DNA of 64,000 nucleotides from an uncultured Arcobacter sp. (GCA_965305115.1 CBDLOJ010000007.1:29723-93722); one strand, 5' to 3'; counted from the stretch's first letter, positions 1 through 8,010 are shown. Made by a program: numbers and translations. Notes: generated by a model from the sequence alone, not told the origin.

Positions 1-693
1 AAAATTAAAGCTGCCATTGCAAAACTATCCGACAAAGAGATTAAATTTGTACTCAATACACACTGGCACTTTGATCACACTGGAGGAAATGAAAACTTAG
101 GTCGTGATGGTGTAGTTATTGTATCTCATGATAATGTTCGAAAAAGAATGTCTAAAGATAATTTCATCAAAGCTTTTAACAAAAAAGTTCCTGCCGCATC
201 TAAAGTGGCACTTCCTATAGTAACCTTTAATGACAGCATGACTTTTCATTTAAACAATGAAACCATTGAAGTTATTCACCAAAAAAATGCTCACACTGAT
301 GGGGACAGTATCATTTTCTTTAAGACTTCAAATGTTATTCATACAGGAGATATTTTCTTTAATGGATTTTATCCTTTTATTGATGAATCAAGTCAAGGGA
401 ATATTGATGGAGTTATTAAATCTGTTAATTATATTCTAACCCGCGCGGATGAAAAAACAAAAATCATTCCAGGTCATGGAAAACTCTCCAACAAAAAAGA
501 GTTATCAACCTACCGTGATACCCTAATTGTTTTAAAAGATAGAATGACAAAACTTATCAAAGAAGGTAAAACAATAAATGAAGTTCTTGCGCTTAAACCC
601 TTTGCAGATTATGATAAAAAACTAGGAAATGGTTTTTTAACCCCTGAAGCATTTACAAAGATTCTTTATGGGGTTATTAAAGCAAATCAATAG
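1..693 (+). CDS. MBL-fold metallo-hydrolase (beta-lactamase-like), 5' end outside window
   Basis: Frame 1 is open from base 1 and reads ...VLNTHWHFDHTGGNENLG (HxHxDH zinc motif). It continues into track ORF 148..693, which has HTDGD, HTGD and PGHG motifs. Confidence 0.8.
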   Translation, partial: KIKAAIAKLSDKEIKFVLNTHWHFDHTGGNENLGRDGVVIVSHDNVRKRMSKDNFIKAFNKKVPAASKVALPIVTFNDSMTFHLNNETIEVIHQKNAHTDGDSIIFFKTSNVIHTGDIFFNGFYPFIDESSQGNIDGVIKSVNYILTRADEKTKIIPGHGKLSNKKELSTYRDTLIVLKDRMTKLIKEGKTINEVLALKPFADYDKKLGNGFLTPEAFTKILYGVIKANQ

Positions 694-764
694 GCAAATT
701 CAAGAGAAAAAAGTAAGTAATAATTACCTATAATAAAACAACTTAATATCATAAAGGACTAAAG

Positions 765-1283
765 TTGAAAGAAATCGATGAAAATGAAATCCAACTGGAT
801 TCTAATCGCTACTTAGTGAGTGAAACAGATGCAAAGGGAGTTATTACCTACTGTAATGATTACTTTACAGAGATTTCAGGGTATACACGAGAAGAACTCA
901 TAGGAAAACAACATAACATCATACGGCACCCAGATATGCCGCGTGTCGTATTTAAACTACTTTGGGAAAGAATTAGCCAAGGTAAAAACATCAATGCTGT
1001 TGTTAAAAACCTTGCAAAAAATGGGAAATATTACTGGGTATTTACAGAATTTCAAACACGAATTGATTTAGATACAAATACTGTTATTGGATACACAGCC
1101 CATCGTAAACTGATCTCAGATGATGTTTCTAATACCATCGAAAATATTTACAAACAAGTCTTATACGTTGAACAACAAAAGGGTATGGAAAAAGCTCAAG
1201 AATTTTTAGAAGCCCTCTTAAAAGAAAAAGGTAGGGACATTAACTTTGTTAATCTCATGGATAATATTTACAAATTCTATTAA
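765..1283 (+). CDS. Stand-alone PAS-domain sensor protein (Aer-like PAS)
   Basis: 172-aa ORF with a TTG start after AAAGGAC. It contains GVITYCNDYFTEISGYTREELIGKQHNIIRHPDMP...NGKYYWV, typical of FAD-type PAS domains. Confidence 0.75.
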   Translation: MKEIDENEIQLDSNRYLVSETDAKGVITYCNDYFTEISGYTREELIGKQHNIIRHPDMPRVVFKLLWERISQGKNINAVVKNLAKNGKYYWVFTEFQTRIDLDTNTVIGYTAHRKLISDDVSNTIENIYKQVLYVEQQKGMEKAQEFLEALLKEKGRDINFVNLMDNIYKFY

Positions 1284-1287
1284 CAGT

Positions 1288-1320
1288 GAGGCGAATTTAC
1301 TCGCCTCTCTTTATTTATTT
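1288..1320. terminator. Hairpin plus T-tract between convergent genes
   Basis: GAGGCGA-ATTTAC-TCGCCTC (1288-1307) is followed by TCTTTATTTATTTT. Confidence 0.6.
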
Positions 1321-1854
1321 TAAAATAGCTTCTTTATAACTTATTGCTTTTTCAGTTAATGCCTCTTCCTTAATAAGCTCAGGCATTGCTCCATATAAAT
1401 AAAATGGCTCAACTGATTTCATGCCAACAAATTTTGCAGTTTCGTAAAATGGAACCATACAGGACTCAACACTTGTGGCATTTTTTGCATTATAAAGTTC
1501 TTCTTCTCCACCTGCTGTTACAGCTAACATAAACTCTTTATCTTTTAATGCTCTTGCAGAGTATCCATATTCATCCAATTCAAAGGCAAATCCATAACTA
1601 AATACCATATCTAAATACTCTTTTAAAATTGGAGGACAATTAAACCAATACAGTGGAAATTGAAACACAACTTTATCAGCTTGAAGCAAGGCATCTTGTT
1701 CAGCATAAACATCAATTTCCCCATCTGGATACAAAGATTTAAGCGCACGTACACTTACGTTTTCAACGCCTTCTAATTCTTCTACTAAACGAGCATTTGC
1801 AACTGATGCTTCAATATCACTGTGGGCTAAAATAACTAAAATATTTTTTGACAT
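1315..1854 (-). CDS. Flavodoxin-like fold NAD(P)H quinone oxidoreductase (KefF/MdaB/YwrO-like)
   Basis: Track ORF is 1315..1890. I prefer the internal ATG at 1854 (MSKNILVILAHSD) because AAGGAAG lies 5 nt upstream. NILVILAH...FQFPLYWFN is typical of the family. Confidence 0.7.
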   Translation of the reverse strand: MSKNILVILAHSDIEASVANARLVEELEGVENVSVRALKSLYPDGEIDVYAEQDALLQADKVVFQFPLYWFNCPPILKEYLDMVFSYGFAFELDEYGYSARALKDKEFMLAVTAGGEEELYNAKNATSVESCMVPFYETAKFVGMKSVEPFYLYGAMPELIKEEALTEKAISYKEAILK

Positions 1855-1928
1855 TTTACTTCCTTTTATAATCTGATGATAATATATCATGATAGTAAAA
1901 AATAGTTAATTAAAAACATCATATGGTA

Positions 1929-2315
1929 TATCATTTTGAAGTAACTTTTAGTAGAAGTGTACTATTTTGATGAGATTAAATTTAGAAAAATGTTTCAATT
2001 TGTTATCTCAATTTGAACAAAAAAATCGCTGTAAAGAGAGAAACACCATTTTAATTTACTTTTCACTTGATATATCATTTTGAACTAATAGAGGTAAACT
2101 CATTAAATATTGGGGTATTTAAAACTTCTTGCTCTATCATTTTGTTATGCCATTTTAAACCTAGGAATTTTCTACTAGTACTATCTTGCACAAACATGGA
2201 TTCTGTTTCGTTATGTCATTTTGAAGGAGTCATTGTAATAGGAGGGGTAAAAAGTTTTATTAGTTATTTAATCATATTTAAAAAATTATTTCATTTTGGA
2301 GTATCAGTTTGAAAG
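1929..2315 (+). repeat. Same-orientation cluster of TCATTTTGA-type boxes (iteron/operator-like array)
   Basis: At least nine boxes on one strand (coordinates in findings). The exact 16-mer TATCATTTTGAAGTAA at 1929-1944 recurs at 2620-2635. Confidence 0.6.
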
Positions 2316-2337
2316 AGAGTGATAAACTGTGTAAAGA

Positions 2338-2370
2338 TAGACTTCAATAGGAAAGCAGAAGTCTATTTTA
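2338..2370. terminator. Hairpin after the repeat array and downstream of the HTH gene
   Basis: TAGACTTC-12 nt-GAAGTCTA (8-bp stem) is followed by TTTTACAAAC on the + strand. Confidence 0.4.
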
Positions 2371-2374
2371 CAAA

Positions 2375-2683
2375 CTATTGAGCGAGGATAAAATCCTCAT
2401 ACTGTTTTGCGGTGTTATAACTAATTTGTGCTGTTTTAGCAACACTATAAACGGTTATTTTTTTGTTTTCAAACCGTAACATATTAACAGCATTAGTTAC
2501 TGCATTTTTACTTTTTTTTCGTTTTGCCATATTTGCTTTCACTGTCGCTTTTTTCTTTTTTTTAGTACACGATAAAATTGATTTTTTTAGTTCTTCATTG
2601 AACCTGTCATACAAAGATGTATCATTTTGAAGTAATATTTTTTGGATGGCTCCAAACTCATGTTCGCTTATTGTAATTCTCAT
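2375..2683 (-). CDS. Small Lys-rich protein with C-terminal helix-turn-helix (resolvase-HTH-like)
   Basis: 102-aa ORF. It has a central KKKKKATVKANMAKRKKSK stretch. The C-terminal NAVNMLRFENKKITVYSVAKTAQISYNTAKQY resembles HTH_7-type DNA-binding domains. No catalytic domain is present. Confidence 0.55.
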   Translation of the reverse strand: MRITISEHEFGAIQKILLQNDTSLYDRFNEELKKSILSCTKKKKKATVKANMAKRKKSKNAVTNAVNMLRFENKKITVYSVAKTAQISYNTAKQYEDFILAQ

Positions 2684-2902
2684 CTATTTCCTATTATTTT
2701 TTTTGGGTTGGAATTGTACAAAAACAACCTTAAAATAAGTTCAAATTGTTATAACATAATGAAATAAATTTGGCAAAAAAATAGATGTAATAAATCTGTT
2801 TATATTTGTACTTATTATTTCAGATAAATAGAATATGACACAATAAAGTTATTAACTTATATTATTTTTATCAACAGTTACAAAGAGCACTCAGCGCAAA
2901 CT

Positions 2903-3710
2903 ATGAATATCATCTCAGATTCAATCTCTATTTCTACTACAGAGGCTTTATGGTTTTTATCTCAAGAGTGGATTGATATTGTTGTTCAAAGTGCAGTTAA
3001 AAATGAAAAAGTTTATAGCGCAACACTATATAACCATGACAACAAACAAGTTGCTCACAATCAAAAAACGCAGCTTTCAACGAATACTCATAAAATAATT
3101 GTTCCACTCATTAAACAAAATGAAGAGATAGGAACCCTAAGCCTAGTATTTGATATGGATGAAATGGGAGAATTAGGTAAATCTATGGATAAAACCCGAC
3201 TCTCTTTAAAAAAGATGTTCCATAAACTTGAAGCCAAAGTAATTTATGATAATCTCACTAAAGTTTATAACCGTTATGGATTTGAGACACTTTTTAATAA
3301 TGAAATCAAGCGAAGTTCTCGATATAACCGTCCCCTATCTCTAATTATGTTTGATATTGACTTTTTTAAGAAAGTCAACGATTCACATGGACATCTAGTA
3401 GGAGATAAAGTTCTAGTTACAATATGTTAAATTATCCAAGAGCATATAAGAGAGTGATTATCTCATACGATGGGGAGGAGAAGAGTTTTTAGTACTGGTT
3501 CCTGAAACCAATTTTGATAAAGTACAACAACTTGCTGAAAAGTTACGTGTTGTTGTGGAAAAAAGTTTCTTCGATGAAGTAGGACAAATAACAATCAGCC
3601 TATCAGTGGCTCAAAAAAATGATAATGAAAATGGTGAAGCCTTCTTAAAACGCGTTGATGATTTATTGTACTATGCTAAAAACTCAGGGCGAAATAAAGT
3701 AAGTTATTAA
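2903..3710 (+). pseudogene. GGDEF diguanylate cyclase, disrupted (in-frame TAA plus 1-nt frameshift)
   Basis: Track ORF 2903..3430 ends ...FDIDFFKKVNDSHGHLVGDKVLVTIC*. The domain continues in the +1 frame from about 3453 as ESDYLIRWGGEEFLVLVPETN...YYAKNSGRNKVSY*, with its stop at 3708-3710. Confidence 0.75.
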
Positions 3711-3790
3711 TAAGTAAAAACAGTAAAAAAAACTTTACTTAAAAGTTTTTTTTAACTATAATGCAACCAAAAAAGAGTGAAGGAATATAA

Positions 3791-4078
3791 ATGCCAAGTA
3801 TTGATAACAAGTTTTTAAAACGAGCAGATGCCCATATCGCACTTGCAAATGAACAATTAAGTAACGAAGTAAGCCAAGGAGATGTAAGTGCTTCTTTTAT
3901 GTATGGAACTGCACGATTTAATGCATGGATTGCCGCATGTTCATTTGAATCAGCAGATGAAATGGCACGTGAAAAAGAAGAAATCATGAATTACTTTATA
4001 AAAAAATATAAAGAAGCTTTAGAAGAGCATGTGAATCATCACATTGAGCACTTTGATTTTAGTGCTAACGCAAACTAG
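3791..4078 (+). CDS. DUF3144-like small protein
   Basis: 95-aa ORF. ADAHIALANEQ...VSASFMYGTARFNAWIAA...KEEIMNYF matches my recollection of the DUF3144 family. Confidence 0.55.
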   Translation: MPSIDNKFLKRADAHIALANEQLSNEVSQGDVSASFMYGTARFNAWIAACSFESADEMAREKEEIMNYFIKKYKEALEEHVNHHIEHFDFSANAN

Positions 4079-4101
4079 AGTCAGTCAACTCTCAATCTAT
4101 T

Positions 4102-4130
4102 AAAGAGGAAAAGATTTTCCTCTTTTAAGT
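4102..4130. terminator. Bidirectional intrinsic terminator
   Basis: AAAGAGGAAA-AGAT-TTTCCTCTTT is followed by TAAGTTTT, between convergent genes. Confidence 0.7.
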
Positions 4131-4493
4131 TTTAATGCTTTGACTAGGATATGATATCTCTAAAATGATAACTTCTCCATCAGCAATAAAAGGACCATGT
4201 TCCTCAAAAGGTGGACGTGAAGCATAAAAACCTTTTTCTAACCACATATCAAAAGCTTTATCATAAAGTCTTCCTGAGACTACAAATATCTCTTCTGGAT
4301 AATCATGACTTTTCGCACCAAAGATATCAGTATCATACCCATCTTTAAAAAGTGTCAAACGGGTATAGTCACCACTTTCTTTATCGTATGCAATCGTTAA
4401 CTGTTTTAAGTTACCGTTGGTTCCTTCTATATCTTCCCATTTGTCACTGTTTTCAAAAGATAAAGGGTTCCAATAAGTCTGTGTGGATTTCAC
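4125..4493 (-). CDS. Cupin-fold protein (ChrR-like cupin)
   Basis: 122-aa ORF with a GTG start. The beta-rich sequence carries HDYPEEIFVVSGRLYD, a cupin-like core. Confidence 0.55.
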   Translation of the reverse strand: MKSTQTYWNPLSFENSDKWEDIEGTNGNLKQLTIAYDKESGDYTRLTLFKDGYDTDIFGAKSHDYPEEIFVVSGRLYDKAFDMWLEKGFYASRPPFEEHGPFIADGEVIILEISYPSQSIKT

Positions 4494-4618
4494 TAATTAC
4501 TCTTTTGTTGCTCTATTTTTTTATTTGTCTCTTTGATGTCATTGTATTTATCTTTCATCACAACAAACATATATGCAATTGCAACAACAACCAATCCAAT
4601 TATAATAATATTTCGCAC
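4493..4618 (-). CDS. Possible 41-aa single-pass membrane mini-protein
   Basis: Not in the track because it is under 60 aa. It has a GTG start 5 nt after AGGAG and reads (M)RNIIIIGLVVVAIAYMFVVMKDKYNDIKETNKKIEQQKSN. Its TAG overlaps the GTG start of the cupin gene (TAGTG). Confidence 0.4.
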   Translation of the reverse strand: MRNIIIIGLVVVAIAYMFVVMKDKYNDIKETNKKIEQQKSN

Positions 4619-4696
4619 TTTGACTCCTATACAAAAATATAAAAGTTATCATAGCAGTTTATCTTTTATAATTTGGTTGATTAACTTCAAATCTGT

Positions 4697-5923
4697 CTAT
4701 TTATTTTGTTCTCGAAGTTTATCTTTTTTACTTTTTCGTTTTCCCTTGACAGGAGCTGGTCCTTTTGTTCTTTTAACTGGCTCACCTTTGAGTTCGAACC
4801 CTTCTATTTGTTCTTTGTTAACATCTAACTCACACCGTTTTTCAATCAATTTAAAATGTGCTTGATCTTCATGGTCAATAAAAGTTATGGCCGTACCACT
4901 TTTTCCAGCTCTAGCTGTTCGTCCAATTCTATGAGTATAATCAAAGGCACTTCGTGGTAAATCATAGTTAACAACACAAGTAATATCATCCACATGTAAA
5001 CCACGTGCTGCAATATCTGTCGAAAAAAGAACTTGTAAATCATTACGTTTAAACTCATCTAACGTATAGTTTCTATCTTCTTGGATTAAATCTCCATGAA
5101 AAGAGTCTGCTTTAAAACCATATTTTCTAAACTTTCTGGACAAATTATCCGTAGCCCTTTTGGTTGCCATAAATACAAGAACTTTTTCAAACTCATTATC
5201 TCGGATAAGCTTTTGTAATAGAGCACTTCGATTCTCTTTGTTTACTTCAATAATACGTTGAGTAATATTATTGAGGTTCTCTTTGCTTTCTTGAATTTCT
5301 ACATTAACAAATGAGCTTGAAATCACTTTTGCAATTTCTAACATCTTTTTTGGATATGTTGCAGAAAAAAGTAAATTTTCTCGTTTTGAAGGTAATAGGT
5401 CCAAAATGACATTAAGTTCATCAGCAAATCCTAAATCAAGCATTTTGTCAGCTTCATCTAAAACAAAATATTCTAAAGTATCAAGATTAATTTGCTTTTT
5501 ACCAATAATATCAATCAATCTTCCTGTAGTTGCAACAATAACATCACACCCTTTTTGAATATCCAATAACTGATCACCAATACTTTGTCCACCTACGACA
5601 CTTACTACTTGTAGTTTTTTAGGAAAATGTTTTGAAAAAATTTCAAAGGTGTTTGCAACTTGCAGGGTTAATTCTCGCGTTGGAGTTAATACTAAAACTC
5701 TAGGTTTAGGTTTCTTTTTAGGTGTTGTTAATAGAAGCTTTTGAACAATAGGCAAGACAAAACTAGCAGTTTTACCACTACCTGTTTGTGCTTTTGCCAT
5801 TATATCATTGCCCTTTAACACCAAAGGAATCACTTCTGTTTGTACTGCTGTTGCTTGGGTATAGCTGTTCTCTTCTAAAGATTGTGATATTACTTGACTA
5901 AACCCAAAACTTGAAAATGACAT
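4697..5923 (-). CDS. DEAD-box ATP-dependent RNA helicase with Lys-rich tail (RhlE-like)
   Basis: Motifs AQTGSGKT, PTRELT, DEAD, SAT and HRIGRTARAG are present. The C-terminus reads KGKRKSKKDKLREQNK. Confidence 0.9.
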   Translation of the reverse strand: MSFSSFGFSQVISQSLEENSYTQATAVQTEVIPLVLKGNDIMAKAQTGSGKTASFVLPIVQKLLLTTPKKKPKPRVLVLTPTRELTLQVANTFEIFSKHFPKKLQVVSVVGGQSIGDQLLDIQKGCDVIVATTGRLIDIIGKKQINLDTLEYFVLDEADKMLDLGFADELNVILDLLPSKRENLLFSATYPKKMLEIAKVISSSFVNVEIQESKENLNNITQRIIEVNKENRSALLQKLIRDNEFEKVLVFMATKRATDNLSRKFRKYGFKADSFHGDLIQEDRNYTLDEFKRNDLQVLFSTDIAARGLHVDDITCVVNYDLPRSAFDYTHRIGRTARAGKSGTAITFIDHEDQAHFKLIEKRCELDVNKEQIEGFELKGEPVKRTKGPAPVKGKRKSKKDKLREQNK

Positions 5924-6005
5924 TGGAATCCTTAAACTATTTGGGGTATTGTAACGCTTTTTTACTTGTTATCTAAACAAATAGTCCACGAATTATTTTA
6001 TTGTT

Positions 6006-6986
6006 CTATTTAGGTTGGTCATTGGTAAGACAATGAATTCCACCACCTGCTTTTGCAATGGCACTTCCATCTATCATATAAACATCACGATTAGGAAAAT
6101 AAGAGGAAAGGAGTTCTTCCAGTTCCCTATCAAAACTTTCATCACCATCAGACATTGCGATCACATAACCATTACCCACAAGCCAATTTGGGTCACCAGG
6201 ATACCATTTGACTATTAATCCAGCCTTTTTAGCTTCTCGTGCTAAATCTCGTTCTGTTTGCGCATCATAATCAGTAATCACCAAAGTTGATTTATTAATA
6301 AATCGTGCTGTTCCATCAATATGCCCAGTTGTGCCATCATCAGGATGATGTCCATATGCCCAAATAATTTTTTTAACTCCAAAGGATTCTTTTAAAATAG
6401 CTTCATGTTCGTCTTGGCTCAAATTTGGATTTCTATCATCTTGACAATCCCAATTTAAGACTAAAATATCTTCACCGTTAAACTCTAAGTTGCCTCGTTC
6501 TAATATATAGTCTAACTTTTTTATCACTTTTTTATCTAAGTACTTTGCAATATAATTAGGAACTTTATCATCATCTAAAAACTCAACATCATTTCCAAAG
6601 TTTCCACCCCAAGCATCAAATCCAAAGTTATATAAAAAAATCTCTTTGCCTTTCTTGACGTATACAGGACCATTGTCTCTTAGCCATGCATTGTTTGTTG
6701 CCAAGGTATGCCAAGTGATATTATTAGTATCAACATCATATCTTTTTAAAAATTGCTTAGCACTTTTTTTCTCTTGTATATTTCGAACAATTAAATGTAC
6801 TCTTTCATACTGTTGTACGATTTTAATAATTTGAGAAAAAGGTAACCGCAAACTTCTATCATAATCATCTGGCCACTGCATCCAAGTTGCTTCATGTTTT
6901 TCCCACTCAGCAGGAACACGTAATTCAACTGCAAATGTAATTGAAAATAACAAAACAACAGGCATCAAAAATTTTACAATTGACAT
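6006..6986 (-). CDS. Agmatine deiminase / Porphyromonas-type peptidyl-arginine deiminase family protein with N-terminal signal-like segment
   Basis: PAEWE..HEATWMQWP, WLRDNGP and the C-terminal GGGIHCLTNDQP (catalytic Cys) are present. The N-terminal MSIVKFLMPVVLLFSITFAV is hydrophobic. Confidence 0.8.
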   Translation of the reverse strand: MSIVKFLMPVVLLFSITFAVELRVPAEWEKHEATWMQWPDDYDRSLRLPFSQIIKIVQQYERVHLIVRNIQEKKSAKQFLKRYDVDTNNITWHTLATNNAWLRDNGPVYVKKGKEIFLYNFGFDAWGGNFGNDVEFLDDDKVPNYIAKYLDKKVIKKLDYILERGNLEFNGEDILVLNWDCQDDRNPNLSQDEHEAILKESFGVKKIIWAYGHHPDDGTTGHIDGTARFINKSTLVITDYDAQTERDLAREAKKAGLIVKWYPGDPNWLVGNGYVIAMSDGDESFDRELEELLSSYFPNRDVYMIDGSAIAKAGGGIHCLTNDQPK

Positions 6987-7090
6987 TGTTTTCCTTTTAA
7001 TTTTTTTATAGATTTTGACCTATTTTACCCTAACATCTATTTATCGTAAATTATGATAAAATCTCATCTATAAAAAATATAAGGAAACCT

Positions 7091-7456
7091 GTGACTACAG
7101 ATGCACTTGCAATAGTTGATAAAAAAATTGAAACACTTATTTATGAGACAGAAAACCATAGTTTTAATACTTTAAAAGAAAAAGTTGAAGTAATACTAAA
7201 AGATGTGGAGATCTTTTTAATAGATAATGAAGTAGATTCTAAAGCAGTGGATTTATATCTCAAAACAGTTATTAACCAAAGAAATGAACTACAACGCCAA
7301 CGTGAAAAGCTTACTGTTAAAACTGATAAATATAGTTTGATTGAAGCAATTTGTCTAAAGCTTAAATTTGATAGTCAAGAAGCCGTTCTTAGAAAAGTAA
7401 AAGAACTAGAAAAGAGAACTATAACAGAACTACTAGCTATTAAAAGTTCTCTTTAA
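7091..7456 (+). CDS. Hypothetical coiled-coil protein
   Basis: 121-aa ORF with a GTG start and a charged, helical composition. No motif recognised. Confidence 0.45.
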   Translation: MTTDALAIVDKKIETLIYETENHSFNTLKEKVEVILKDVEIFLIDNEVDSKAVDLYLKTVINQRNELQRQREKLTVKTDKYSLIEAICLKLKFDSQEAVLRKVKELEKRTITELLAIKSSL

Positions 7457-7459
7457 ACT

Positions 7460-7912
7460 TTACCATTTAGGTTCAAAAGCTACACGTTCACCATCATCAG
7501 TTGTATACTCTTCAAGTGAATTCTCTTTTGATTGCACGACCATATATATCATAGTTTCATCACTATCATTTCTAATCCCACGAATACCATTTGGTGCAAC
7601 ACGGATTACACTCCCCTCTTTGATTTCAAAACAGTTACCATCTACTTGAAAATAACCATACCCCTTTAGGATAATATAGGTCTCTTCATTTTTATAGTGA
7701 ATATGAAAATAAGGTTGCTCTTGTTTTGCCGCAAGTGAATTAAATGAGATTTCTGTACCCGTGGCATTTGTAGGCTCTTTTAAAAATACTTTACCCTCGA
7801 CTTTTTGTTTGTTAACTTTATGAATGAGAGAATACTCCATGAGTTCATCTAAATTACCAAGATTGATGGCGTTGTAGTTTTTCTCTTCAACGATTTTTTC
7901 AATTTCTTTCAT
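7460..7912 (-). CDS. Cupin domain protein
   Basis: 150-aa ORF. HIHYKNEETYIILKGYGYFQVDG...GSVIRVAPNGIRGIRN is a cupin signature. An AGGAGAG RBS precedes it. Confidence 0.7.
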   Translation of the reverse strand: MKEIEKIVEEKNYNAINLGNLDELMEYSLIHKVNKQKVEGKVFLKEPTNATGTEISFNSLAAKQEQPYFHIHYKNEETYIILKGYGYFQVDGNCFEIKEGSVIRVAPNGIRGIRNDSDETMIYMVVQSKENSLEEYTTDDGERVAFEPKW

Positions 7913-7932
7913 AACACTCTCCTAGAAATTAT

Positions 7933-7948
7933 TTGACTATTTAGTCAA
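7933..7948. promoter_or_regulatory. TTGAC-N6-GTCAA palindrome (candidate operator), copy 1
   Basis: TTGACTATTTAGTCAA lies 21-36 nt upstream of the cupin start codon. A sister site is at 56406-56421. Confidence 0.45.
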
Positions 7949-8010
7949 TATATTTTAAAGTGTAGAAAAATTTAGATTAATTGTAGGTTAGTTTTTTGAA
8001 GTAAGTTTTA

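Noticed and set aside
257-439. 60-aa alternative-frame ORF inside the MBL hydrolase gene. Similar short ORFs lie within catB (9945..10256), the HD-GYP gene, trmB and others.
   Set aside because: They are embedded in well-supported genes in another frame or strand, with no independent signals.
2067-2312. 81-aa plus-strand ORF in the repeat region
   Set aside because: Its sequence is simply the TCATTTTGA boxes read in one frame (IYHFEL, CHFK, CHFEG, FHFG). It has no RBS and an implausible composition. I treat it as non-coding repeat DNA.
3739-3987. 82-aa minus-strand ORF overlapping the DUF3144-like gene
   Set aside because: The plus-strand ORF has a recognisable family pattern and an RBS. 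The antisense ORF has neither.
4352-4865. Two plus-strand ORFs (96 and 110 aa) spanning the cupin/helicase intergenic region
   Set aside because: They are antisense to real genes and have low-complexity Ile/Leu/Phe-rich sequence. The minus-strand mini-ORF with an RBS is the better reading of the intergenic part.
7994-8004. Extra copies of TTTTGAAGTAA (also at 58887-58897) matching the core of the 1929-2635 boxes
   Set aside because: These are isolated single copies of an AT-rich 11-mer in other intergenic regions. The count is mildly above my rough expectation, but I cannot show a functional link to the array without genome-wide counts.
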